Assembly (NCBI GenBank): GCA_014730165.1
Contig: WJIS01000022.1
Location: 14,396 to 78,395, forward strand
Direction: 5' to 3'
Source of the DNA: Promethearchaeota archaeon
GTDB taxonomy: Archaea > Asgardarchaeota > Lokiarchaeia > Sigyniarchaeales > SOKP01
Length of the DNA: 64,000 bases
Shown here: positions 9,848 through 18,966 of the stretch, piece after piece
Layout of the letters: every line of letters starts with the position of its first letter
Numbering within the stretch: position 1 is the first letter of the stretch
Notes under the pieces: generated by a model
The model's database searches: none
The model's input: the letters and a program-made list of their open reading frames with translations, nothing else
Told to the model about the DNA's origin: nothing
Translations under genes and position numbers: made by a program

Positions 9848-12330
9848 AATCTCGATTTTATAATTTCTGATATAAGAGTGGGAAATTCTTCAAAATCCTT
9901 TATTTTAAGCAATTGTCCTCCCGTTATTTTTACCATCCTTTCAGCTTCTTCCAGGTTGAAGGAAGATTCTGGACAAACAATAATAAAATCGATTCCCATC
10001 GAACGAAAGATCCTCAATTCTTCCAGAGAATCTTCTATATCATATACTTCTGCATCTGTGAATATGATATTTAGTTTTTCACGTGAGCTTGACTTTTCTT
10101 TAAATTGTCGCCGAGCCCATTCTAACGCTTTTTGGATTCTTGTCCCCCCTCTCGCTTTTACGGATAGAATTTCATCCGCAAGCTCTTCTAAATCAATCTT
10201 TTGGTCCATTTCTTTAAGGATATGGGTATCTGATTCAAAGAAACATGCTGCCAGTTCATCTTTACGCATCCCATAGACTAACATGGTAACACATATGGCT
10301 AAATAAGTTAATTTTTCTCCAGACATACTTCCGGAAATATCCAACTCAATGCAAGCATTACGTAGACCTTCACCCGTTTCATAGACAAAGAAGTCGTCAT
10401 AATCTATATGAGAGATTTTTTTTCCTTTCTCTAAAATATTAAAAATTGTCTCTTCCATATCGATATTATCGAAATCATCTCCGACAGTATAAGGGCGAAC
10501 AATATTAATAGGAGTAGGTCCTGTTGTTGAGCTTCCTATCCTCGCTCTTGAATAATAAATCCCTAATTCAATAAGCATTTTTTTTGCTAATTCCTTTACC
10601 TTTTCTTTTGCTCCTTCTGGAAGTGTTCTTCTATGTTTAAACCATTGTTTTAATAAATTCTCACCAGATCCCGCAGAGAGCGACGATATTAACTTATCCA
10701 TTCCTTCTTGCCCTTCAGTCTGTTTTGCTGCTTTTAAGGCTTGATTTAGATCAAAATGACCTAACGCTCCCAATGCATCTCTATTTTCAGCGGATAAAGC
10801 TTTTCTTAATAACTCTTTTAACCTATCATCATTAATTTGATCTTTTAATCTATTCATTAGATTTTGAAGACGTTCAAATTCTGCTTGATTTTTCTTTATT
10901 AGTTTCTTCAATAATTGATAGTCTGGTTCGATTAGTTCATAGATTTCATCCTCATCCATATTTAACTTTTCTCCCATTTTTTTAATATCTTCCGGATTAG
11001 GATTTAGACCAATTTTTCTTAAGAATTCTACATTATCTCTTAATTGAGAAGGATTCTTTGTTGATTCTAAGGCTTTTTTAATGATTTCTGGTAATTCTTG
11101 GGACATTTTCTGTCCGCAATGAATATTTTGACAGGTATTTTTTAATTGATTAAGTTGATGAGCGAGATTTTTAAATTGTTCACTTGGATTTTTAGCGTTT
11201 TGGGATTGTTTGATCGCATTTTGAAGAGCTTTTTTAAAGAGATCATTCCATGATTTGTTAGCAAATGCATTTTTAGTTAGACTTTCTAATGAGGGACTAT
11301 TTTGAGATGAAGGATTCATCTTATTAAATCTATTCAATAAATCTTCCCTAAGATTAGTTCCAAAATATTGATCAAGAGAATTTGCCAAGTTAAAATTATG
11401 CTCAAAAGAAGATTTTTGAAGAGAGTTATTCAAAACCTTATCCATATCAAACTTGGGAGTTTCTCCAAGGTTTTTTGCGGCATTAAATAACTCATCAAGA
11501 TCTTTTATTTGATTTTGAAGTTGATCTCTAAGATTTTTAAGTAAATCGTCTTTTATAGCATCAGAATCCTTTAAAAATTTCATTGATTGAATTAAATCTT
11601 CCAGATTTTGAGAATTCATTATATCTTCAAGTTCTTTAGAAATATCTTGATTATTTAAGGCTTTACTCGTTAAATTTTCCCATTTTCTTTTTGTTTTTTT
11701 TTGAATTAAATCATCCAAGCCAAGATTTGAACCTGCTTTTAAATCTTCTGGATCTAAAGAATTAATCTTTTCTTCCAATCTTTTTTTTGCTTCGTTCATT
11801 AATTGCTCTAGGGACGTCATTTGTTGCTTGTATAATTCTGAGTCGTCCTTGAAAAAATTAAGCGCTGACTTGTATGGTTCTGTCATCCTTTTCTGGTTTA
11901 CTTCATTCATAAACCGTTCGACTTCTTCCAGTTTATCGGAATCAATATTAATTTCTATATCATCAATTAAATCTTGCAATTCCTCCAATTCAAACTTTTC
12001 TTGATCATTCAATAATTCCTTTTCATCTGACTGAAGATTATCATCTGATTTAAAGAAATCAGAAACAATATCTTTTTTATAATTCGGAAAAAGGACTTCA
12101 AATGCTAAATCGTTAGCGAGTTTCTGATTATTTGGAAATGAAGTAACTTTACTTATTTCGATGAAGTCATCAGGAGTGATTGAACCTTTACGATAATAGC
12201 GGGATAATATGAGCCTCGGGATTGCTAAAACTTGTCGCGAAGAGGGTATTTGAACTATATCAGGATGATTCCTCATCTTTCGAATAAATTCAACAGCAAA
12301 ATCGCAAGGATCATGTGGAAATACCCCCAT
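9844..12330 (-). CDS. Large VWA-domain protein (C-terminal MIDAS), CbbO/NorD/ViaA-like partner of a MoxR AAA+ ATPase
   Basis: 828 aa. The C-terminal VWA domain has the MIDAS residues LDISGSMSG ... GGT ... FTDAE. The middle ~500 aa are Lys/Glu/Asn/Gln-rich coiled coil or low complexity. A GGAGG Shine-Dalgarno lies within the end of the upstream ATPase gene, with a 5-nt gap to that gene. Confidence 0.8.
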   Translation of the reverse strand: MGVFPHDPCDFAVEFIRKMRNHPDIVQIPSSRQVLAIPRLILSRYYRKGSITPDDFIEISKVTSFPNNQKLANDLAFEVLFPNYKKDIVSDFFKSDDNLQSDEKELLNDQEKFELEELQDLIDDIEINIDSDKLEEVERFMNEVNQKRMTEPYKSALNFFKDDSELYKQQMTSLEQLMNEAKKRLEEKINSLDPEDLKAGSNLGLDDLIQKKTKRKWENLTSKALNNQDISKELEDIMNSQNLEDLIQSMKFLKDSDAIKDDLLKNLRDQLQNQIKDLDELFNAAKNLGETPKFDMDKVLNNSLQKSSFEHNFNLANSLDQYFGTNLREDLLNRFNKMNPSSQNSPSLESLTKNAFANKSWNDLFKKALQNAIKQSQNAKNPSEQFKNLAHQLNQLKNTCQNIHCGQKMSQELPEIIKKALESTKNPSQLRDNVEFLRKIGLNPNPEDIKKMGEKLNMDEDEIYELIEPDYQLLKKLIKKNQAEFERLQNLMNRLKDQINDDRLKELLRKALSAENRDALGALGHFDLNQALKAAKQTEGQEGMDKLISSLSAGSGENLLKQWFKHRRTLPEGAKEKVKELAKKMLIELGIYYSRARIGSSTTGPTPINIVRPYTVGDDFDNIDMEETIFNILEKGKKISHIDYDDFFVYETGEGLRNACIELDISGSMSGEKLTYLAICVTMLVYGMRKDELAACFFESDTHILKEMDQKIDLEELADEILSVKARGGTRIQKALEWARRQFKEKSSSREKLNIIFTDAEVYDIEDSLEELRIFRSMGIDFIIVCPESSFNLEEAERMVKITGGQLLKIKDFEEFPTLISEIIKSRF

Positions 12331-12335
12331 TTTTT

Positions 12336-13303
12336 TTAACCTCCTATCGTTCGATTTATTATTCGATCTATAACAGGTTGAACTTTTACTCCCGGTTTGG
12401 GTTTTATACTGCCTAACAACACATGTTTTGTTATATCAGCTAAATGTACATATACGGATTCTTTTTGTTTCACGATCCCTTTCTCCTCTAAATATCTTCT
12501 TCTTCCCAATAATTTCGCTATAGCAATTCCAGCTCTTATAGACGCGGGAACCTCAATATCAACTTTATTTTTTCGAGTTTCATCAATAATCGAATATATC
12601 AGTTCTAATTCGGATTCCTCAACCATAAATTGCTCCGGAAGGTTGATTCTAATAATGTCTAATTCAGTTGCTTTTTCAGGATATGTTAATTTAATCCAAA
12701 CCTTTATTCTATCTTTTAATGCTTCAGAAAGCCTATGAGTTCCAGAAAGTTCTTCTGGGTTCATAGCACATATGAAAAAAAAGCTTTCATCGGCTTTTAT
12801 CCTTCCAAGGTGTGGGATTCCTATAGAGGCTTCTTCTAAAGGGTCTAATAATGTATTTTGAGAATATTCTGTCGCTCTGTTAATTTCATTAGCCAAAAAT
12901 GTTCCTCCCTCTAACATAGCACTAAGTAATGGGCCGGAATTAAAAGCTTCTAAGGTGAAACCTTGTTTGAGAGTGATTGCGGGATCAAAACTTTCGGTTC
13001 CTATGCATACGCATAAAAATTTCCGATGAAATGTGAAGGTTTGATGGATTCATCCATCGTCAACCAATAGAAACTTTTTCGTTTAGTTTCCTTAGCCCTA
13101 AGACTCGCGAAGTATCTACATAGAATTGTTTTACCAACTCCAGGTGGTCCGACAAGTGCGGGAAATAGTCCTGTCGCTTCTGCGTCCTTCAGTAGATCTA
13201 AGGCTTTTCCATATTGTCCAGATAATACAATATCTATATTTTCTTCCGTTATGTCCTTTATCAGTCGTTGTTTAAACAACTTCTCAAATCTTTCTTTATC
13301 CAT
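12336..13303 (-). pseudogene. MoxR/AAA_5 (dynein-related) AAA+ ATPase, split by a 1-nt frameshift into 100-aa and 193-aa ORFs
   Basis: The N-terminal ORF carries Walker A PALVGPPGVGKT. The C-terminal ORF carries FLANEINRA (Walker B region, NE instead of DE) and the MoxR-type sensor MNPEELSGTHRLSEALKDRIKVWIKLTYP. The downstream frame stays open upstream to 13049. Adding one base to the A5 run at 13015-13019 joins both ORFs into a continuous ~320-aa protein. Confidence 0.75.
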
Positions 13304-13426
13304 AAATATTTGCTCCTTTTGTTTTTACGATAAAAATATGTTTTGCTCCTTTATTTAATATTTAATAATAAATAATAATTCTTAATTTATCTCATTATTA
13401 TATTAAATAATAGCTATGATTTAATT

Positions 13427-14263
13427 ATGAAAAACCCCTACTTCGATGAGAATGATTTTGTTCTATATTTTGGAGACGCATTAGAAATATTAGATGAGTT
13501 CGAGGACAATTTATTTGATCTTATTTTTGCGGATCCTCCTTACTTCCTATCTAATGATGGCATTACTTGCAAGTCTGGAGAGATGGTTTCTGTAAATAAG
13601 GGAAAATGGGATAAGTCTCAAGGATTTAAGAAGGATTTAGAATTCATTGATAAATGGTTGAAGAAGTGCCGAAATAAATTAAAAAAGGATGGTACAATCT
13701 GGATTTCAGGGACCCTTCATAATATATATAAGGTAGGCTATTTACTTGAAAAAAATGATTATGATATAATTAATGATATCATATGGTTTAAACCAAATGC
13801 GCCGCCAAATTTATCCTGTCGATATTTTACTCACAGTCATGAAACAATTTTATGGGCACGAAAGAGTACTGAATCAAATCATACTTTTAATTATGAGAAA
13901 ATGAAATATTGGAATAATATAAAGGATAAATTAAAAAATAAGGATAAACAAATGAGAAGCGTATGGTCTATTCCCCTTTTAAGTAAATCTGAAAAACTAC
14001 ATGGGAAACATCCTACACAGAAACCCATCGAATTGTTGAATAGAATTATTAGAAGCTCAACAAATAGCGGAGATTTAATATTAGATCCTTTTTTAGGTTC
14101 TGGTACTACTGGAATTGTTGCTAGTTTATTGAAAAGAAGATTTATTGGCATTGAAGCTAAAAAGGATTATCTTGATCTAACAATTAGAAGATATAAAGAT
14201 GAAAAGGTGGCAGATTTACTCTATTCTCCCGAAGAAGACAACCAGATCACTAATTATCTCTAA
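13427..14263 (+). CDS. Beta-class DNA methyltransferase (probable N6-adenine, possibly N4-cytosine); no adjacent endonuclease
   Basis: 278 aa. Motif IV IFADPPYFL precedes motif I ILDPFLGSGTTG (order IV then I = beta class). HPTQKP lies between them. Confidence 0.85.
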   Translation: MKNPYFDENDFVLYFGDALEILDEFEDNLFDLIFADPPYFLSNDGITCKSGEMVSVNKGKWDKSQGFKKDLEFIDKWLKKCRNKLKKDGTIWISGTLHNIYKVGYLLEKNDYDIINDIIWFKPNAPPNLSCRYFTHSHETILWARKSTESNHTFNYEKMKYWNNIKDKLKNKDKQMRSVWSIPLLSKSEKLHGKHPTQKPIELLNRIIRSSTNSGDLILDPFLGSGTTGIVASLLKRRFIGIEAKKDYLDLTIRRYKDEKVADLLYSPEEDNQITNYL

Positions 14264-14395
14264 GAAAAGCAATAAAAATCATAAAGATTTTATATAATTA
14301 GAGAATAAACAATTTAAGATATTATTAAACCTAATATCTATATTTCTTCATAAGCATGTCCTTGAAGAAAAGAAAAAATTTTTAGTAGTATAACA

Positions 14396-14405
14396 TTTAA
14401 AATAA
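14396..14405 (+). promoter_or_regulatory. TATA-box-like element upstream of tRNA-Ala
   Basis: TTTAAAATAA ends 24 nt before the first tRNA base, which is the spacing expected for an archaeal TATA box. No other support. Confidence 0.3.
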
Positions 14406-14428
14406 TTAGAAGAATAGTCTATTTTTCT

Positions 14429-14500
14429 GGGCCTGTAGATCAGCGGAAGATCGCTTGATTCGCATTCAAGAGGCCACGGGTTCAATTCCCGTCAGGTCCA
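14429..14500 (+). tRNA. tRNA-Ala (anticodon CGC)
   Basis: A 72-nt cloverleaf folded by hand. Acceptor GGGCCTG/CAGGTCC with the G3:U70 Ala identity pair. D stem GATC/GATC. Anticodon stem CTTGA/TCAAG with loop TTCGCAT. T arm ACGGG-TTCAATT-CCCGT. Discriminator A. CCA is not encoded. Confidence 0.9.
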
Positions 14501-14615
14501 CTAATAAATGTTTTTTTTGAAAAATTTTATGAATATCTGGGTTAAGATTATTAAGGAATAGATACTAATTTGATAACAATTTAAAAAAGCTTAGATTAAA
14601 AATTTGGTGTACTAT

Positions 14616-15293
14616 ATGGAAATATTACTTATAACAATTATCGTCTTAGCAATAATTCTCATGATCATTCTATTTATTTATTGGCGATTCCAATCGATCT
14701 TTTCAACTCCATCCACCGGGAAAATATCCGATGGTATTATTGCAATTACAAATTCATTTGTTTCCAGTTTTATCTATACAAAAGAGTCGGATATAATAAT
14801 GATAGACACGGGTTTTTCAAAAAAGGGAATGAAAAGTGCTTTGAATGAATTAAATATTTCTCCAAATGAGATTTCAAATGTCTTCTTAACCCATTCAGAC
14901 GGGGATCATACTGGAGGGATTTCCTTATTTAATAGCGCAAATATTTATTTTGGAAAAGACACCAAGATTAAGAATTCTGAAAATTTCATGTTTTTAGATG
15001 ATTCCGAAGTTGTGAAAGTGGGAAACATAAAAATTCAATCAATTGCAACTCCCGGTCATCGAGCAGGTCACACCTCTTATTTGATTGATGATAAATATCT
15101 CTTTACAGGTGATCTTATTCGTTTAAAAGATAATGAAGCGAAACCTTTTATTAAGATAATTAGTAGTGATTCAAAAAAGATGGAAGAATCAATAGAGAAA
15201 TTGGCAAGGATTAAGGGAATTAAAATGCTTTTTACAGCACACACAGGATATACTGGTGAGTTTAGTGATGCAATGGAGAAATGGAATAATTAA
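14616..15293 (+). CDS. Metallo-beta-lactamase-fold hydrolase with N-terminal transmembrane helix
   Basis: Motifs THSDGDHTGG (HxHxDH-like), ATPGHRAGHTSY, TGDL, TAHTG. The N-terminus ILLITIIVLAIILMIILFIYW is hydrophobic. The track starts at TTG 14604; ATG 14616 is more likely. Confidence 0.75.
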   Translation: MEILLITIIVLAIILMIILFIYWRFQSIFSTPSTGKISDGIIAITNSFVSSFIYTKESDIIMIDTGFSKKGMKSALNELNISPNEISNVFLTHSDGDHTGGISLFNSANIYFGKDTKIKNSENFMFLDDSEVVKVGNIKIQSIATPGHRAGHTSYLIDDKYLFTGDLIRLKDNEAKPFIKIISSDSKKMEESIEKLARIKGIKMLFTAHTGYTGEFSDAMEKWNN

Positions 15294-15517
15294 TGTTAAA
15301 AAATTGTATCTTTATGAGAAAAACACTATTCTATAAAAACGTTAAAGCATAGAATAAACGTTTAATTCATTTTATTAAAAATTCACAGATTTTTCTACCA
15401 TAATTTTTATACTAATTTTATTCACTTCAAAAAAATCTCAAGATACTAAAATGGAAAAATTGGTTCCGAAAATCTATAAAACTTTTATTCATTTACATTA
15501 TTAATTGTTTAAAAACA

Positions 15518-18124
15518 ATGGTTAATAATATGGCTAACACATTATTTCCGAAACGTTTCAAGTTCAATAAAGTTCAAAAAAAATGGATCTCATATTGGAG
15601 AGAAAAGGGTATTTATGATTTTGATATAGAGGGAAAAGGAAAAATCTTTTCAATAGATACTCCTCCTCCTTTTGTTAGTGGAACATTGCATTTAGGACAT
15701 GTTCTGAATCATTCTTGGATAGATTTCGTTGCTAGATACCACAAAATGAAAGGAAAAAATGTTTACTTCCCCCAAGGATTTGACTGCCACGGTTTACCAG
15801 TTGAGCTTGCAGTAGAAAAGAACTATGGTATCTCTAAAGACGACAGAGAGAGATTTCTTGAAAAGTGTGTAGAATGGGTAGAAGACAATATCTCTAATAT
15901 GACTAAACAATTTGATGACTTGGGATATTCTACAGATTGGAAATTCACATATAGAACTATGGATGAAAATTATAAATATAAAGTTCAAAAATCTCTATTG
16001 TATTTCTATGAAAAGGGTTGGTTATATAGAGATAAATTTCCAACACATTTCTGTGTGAATTGTGAAACATCGGTTGCAAAAGCAGAAGTTGGATATCAAG
16101 AGGAAGAAGGAAAGTTATGGTATATCAAATTACCGCTTGTTGGAAGAGATGATGAATATGTTACAATAGCAACAACACGTCCTGAGATGATGGAAAGTTG
16201 TGTTGGGGTTTTTATCCATCCTAATGATGATAGATATTATCATCTTTCTGCCGCAGAAGTAGAGCTCCCAATTGCTAATAGAACTGTGCGAATTCGTACT
16301 GATAATAATGTTGATATGACCTTTGGAACGGGAGTGGTCTATTGCTGTACATACGGCGATGAAACGGATATTAAATGGAAATTAGACTATGATCTCGATG
16401 AAATACAAATCTTTACAAAAAATGGACTAATGAACGAAAATTCAAAATATCAAGAACTTAGCATTGAACAAGCCCGTGAGAAAATCGTTAATGATTTAGA
16501 AGTAATGGGTTTAATAGAAAAGATTGAAACACACGAACATAACATTATTATTCATTCAGAAAGATCATCTTGTCGAAGACCGATTGAATATCTACCCGTT
16601 GATCAATGGTTTATTAATGTAAAGGATTTTACAACTGAAATCATTGATTCAGCAGAATCTATGGATTGGTATCCTGAAAAACATAAGCAAAGGCTGCTAG
16701 ATTGGGCAGAAGGCCTAGATTGGAATTGGGTAATTTCAAGACAGAGAGTTTTTGGAACTCCAATACCTTTTTGGTATTGTAGTGAGTGTGGACAAATATT
16801 AATTCCTGAATCGAAAGATTTACCGCTTGATCCTGTCATAGAGTCTCCTCCTTCAAATAAGTGCCCCAATTGCGATAGTTCTAATATTATTGGTGAGGAA
16901 GATGTCTGTGACTGCTGGGTAGATTCAAGTATTACACCATTAGCAATAGCAAAATGGCTTGAGGATGATGTCTTTTTTACAAAAACTTATACAAATGCAA
17001 GAGTTCACAGACCACAAGGTTATGAAATAATAAGGACATGGTTGTTTTATACTCTATTCAGATGTAAAAAATTAACGGGTAAAGCTCCTTTTCATGAAAC
17101 AATGATAAATGGTATGGTTGCTGGACCAGATGGGCGTAAGATGAGTAAATCTTATGGAAATGTTGTCTCACCCGATGATGTTCTCCCCGAATATGGAGCA
17201 GATGCGATCCGTCAATGGGCTGCTATGGGTTCCTTGGGAGATGATTATCCTTTTGAATACAATTGGATAAATATTCATAATAAACAACCCGTATCAGATG
17301 AAAAGATCAATAAAGAGAAAAAGCAGCTGAGTGAAGATAAATTTTTTAAAAAATATAGAAAAAGGTATGATCAACTAATCGGTGCTTCAAGATTTTTAAC
17401 TAAGATATGGAATGCTTATCGTTTCTTAAACATAAATCTCAATAAGATAGAAATCACTGATATCAATGTTAACATAGAAGAATTGCCTCCAATAGACAGT
17501 TATTTCTATTCTCAATTCAATGAAGTTATGGCTAAAGTCGAGGAGCTATTTGATAACTATAATTGGCACGAAGCTTTTATGATTTTAAGACCCTTTTTCT
17601 GGAATGAATTATGTGATAATTATATTGAAGCAATTAAGTATAAGTTCTATTCTGATGACGAAACAATTAGAAAAAATGCTCTAAAGCAAGCTTTAACACT
17701 CTTTTATTCTATATTGAGAATCTTTGGAATAATAATGCCATTTATCTCTGAGGAAATTTATTCAATTTTATACAAGGATTTTATTGGATTAGATTCAATT
17801 CATCAAGAAACCTGGCCAAAAAACTTTCAGATGATTTCTGCGGAATCTAATGAATTAGGAAGACATGTTATTAGTTTAATGAAATCGTTGAGAAAATTTA
17901 AATCAAAATTACAAATTCCACTAAATCAAGAGATAAATAAGGTTGTAATATTGTTAAAAAATGACAATCAAAATCAGATGAAAAATATCATTGATGACAT
18001 AAAACAAACTATTAGAATAAAGGATCTGAGCATTATAATGACAGAAGAACCCTCATTTAAAGCTCAACCAGACTTAAAGGAAGTTGTTGAAGAATTAGAT
18101 GCAACAATTTTTCTCTTTAAGTAA
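15518..18124 (+). CDS. valS: Valyl-tRNA synthetase (class I aaRS)
   Basis: 868 aa. FSIDTPPPFVSGTLHLGHVLNHSWIDFVARYHKMKG (HIGH = HLGH), QGFDCHGLPVE, and the KMSKS motif GRKMSKSYGNVV. Length and N-terminal pattern match archaeal ValRS rather than IleRS or LeuRS. Confidence 0.8.
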   Translation: MVNNMANTLFPKRFKFNKVQKKWISYWREKGIYDFDIEGKGKIFSIDTPPPFVSGTLHLGHVLNHSWIDFVARYHKMKGKNVYFPQGFDCHGLPVELAVEKNYGISKDDRERFLEKCVEWVEDNISNMTKQFDDLGYSTDWKFTYRTMDENYKYKVQKSLLYFYEKGWLYRDKFPTHFCVNCETSVAKAEVGYQEEEGKLWYIKLPLVGRDDEYVTIATTRPEMMESCVGVFIHPNDDRYYHLSAAEVELPIANRTVRIRTDNNVDMTFGTGVVYCCTYGDETDIKWKLDYDLDEIQIFTKNGLMNENSKYQELSIEQAREKIVNDLEVMGLIEKIETHEHNIIIHSERSSCRRPIEYLPVDQWFINVKDFTTEIIDSAESMDWYPEKHKQRLLDWAEGLDWNWVISRQRVFGTPIPFWYCSECGQILIPESKDLPLDPVIESPPSNKCPNCDSSNIIGEEDVCDCWVDSSITPLAIAKWLEDDVFFTKTYTNARVHRPQGYEIIRTWLFYTLFRCKKLTGKAPFHETMINGMVAGPDGRKMSKSYGNVVSPDDVLPEYGADAIRQWAAMGSLGDDYPFEYNWINIHNKQPVSDEKINKEKKQLSEDKFFKKYRKRYDQLIGASRFLTKIWNAYRFLNINLNKIEITDINVNIEELPPIDSYFYSQFNEVMAKVEELFDNYNWHEAFMILRPFFWNELCDNYIEAIKYKFYSDDETIRKNALKQALTLFYSILRIFGIIMPFISEEIYSILYKDFIGLDSIHQETWPKNFQMISAESNELGRHVISLMKSLRKFKSKLQIPLNQEINKVVILLKNDNQNQMKNIIDDIKQTIRIKDLSIIMTEEPSFKAQPDLKEVVEELDATIFLFK

Positions 18125-18175
18125 ATACTGATACTTAATTATTAAATTAAGAATTGATTTTGAAAAAAGATTTTC

Positions 18176-18943
18176 TTATTGATCTTGTATTCCAAGTTGT
18201 TCAATCATCACTTTTTTCATCTCTACTTTATTCTTAGGAAGTCCAAACATTTCAGCATATTTATCGGTAGTTGTCAGTTCTGATGTTCTTCCTTTCTTCA
18301 CGGAATCTATTAATTCATTCTCTTCTAAATATTTAACATGTTCATACGCCCCAGTCCCTCTTATTTTAACTAAAGTTGATTTAAGTAGGGGTTGTTTTAG
18401 TGCTATTATCGTAAGTGTGCGTAAATATTTCTCTGCTATTGCACCACCTTTAGCAAATTGGGAAATCTTCTCGGAATAGGCGGATTTTATCTGCATCTGG
18501 TATTTATCTCCGACTTGGATGATTTCTAGAGCGGTAGATCGATTTGTATACATTTCTATTAATTTTACCAATAAACCGCCTACTTCTTTCTTTGAAATAT
18601 CTAATTTTGTTGCTATTTCTTCTATGCTCAAGGCAGATCCTGATGCATATAATGCACCTTCGATCAAATTACGATAAATATCTGTTTTATCTCCTTCAAA
18701 CTCCTCAATTTCCACCTCATGATCCTGTCCAGATTCAAAAAAGCTGTCAGTTATTAGTGATCCATTATTTTTCTCATTCTTATGGTGTTTATCTTTTAAA
18801 AGCTTTTTATCCTCTGATATTTGCTCATTATTCTGTTTTTCAATTTTTTCAGAATTTAGTTCATCTTTCGAATGATCTTTATCGGGATCTTCTAATTCTT
18901 TCTCTTCTTCACTATTTTCTGTAATATTTTCATCACTAGTCAT
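18176..18943 (-). CDS. scpB: Segregation and condensation protein B (ScpB) with ~85-aa acidic N-terminal extension
   Basis: The tandem winged-helix pattern is IEGALYASGSALSIEEIATKL ... ALEIIQVGDKYQMQIK ... LTIIALKQPLLKSTLVKIRGTGAYEHVKYLEENELI. It lies directly downstream of scpA and smc. Confidence 0.8.
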   Translation of the reverse strand: MTSDENITENSEEEKELEDPDKDHSKDELNSEKIEKQNNEQISEDKKLLKDKHHKNEKNNGSLITDSFFESGQDHEVEIEEFEGDKTDIYRNLIEGALYASGSALSIEEIATKLDISKKEVGGLLVKLIEMYTNRSTALEIIQVGDKYQMQIKSAYSEKISQFAKGGAIAEKYLRTLTIIALKQPLLKSTLVKIRGTGAYEHVKYLEENELIDSVKKGRTSELTTTDKYAEMFGLPKNKVEMKKVMIEQLGIQDQ

Positions 18944-18966
18944 TAAATTAACTTCTTATAGGTTAT

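Noticed and set aside
7454-14500. Whether the AAA+/VWA/SWIM plus MTase block is an integrated element targeted to tRNA-Ala, which would leave an att duplication.
   Set aside because: No copy of the tRNA-Ala 3' segment (TTCAATTCCCGTCAGGTCCA) is visible near 7454-7495. No integrase is present, and the composition does not visibly differ from the flanks.
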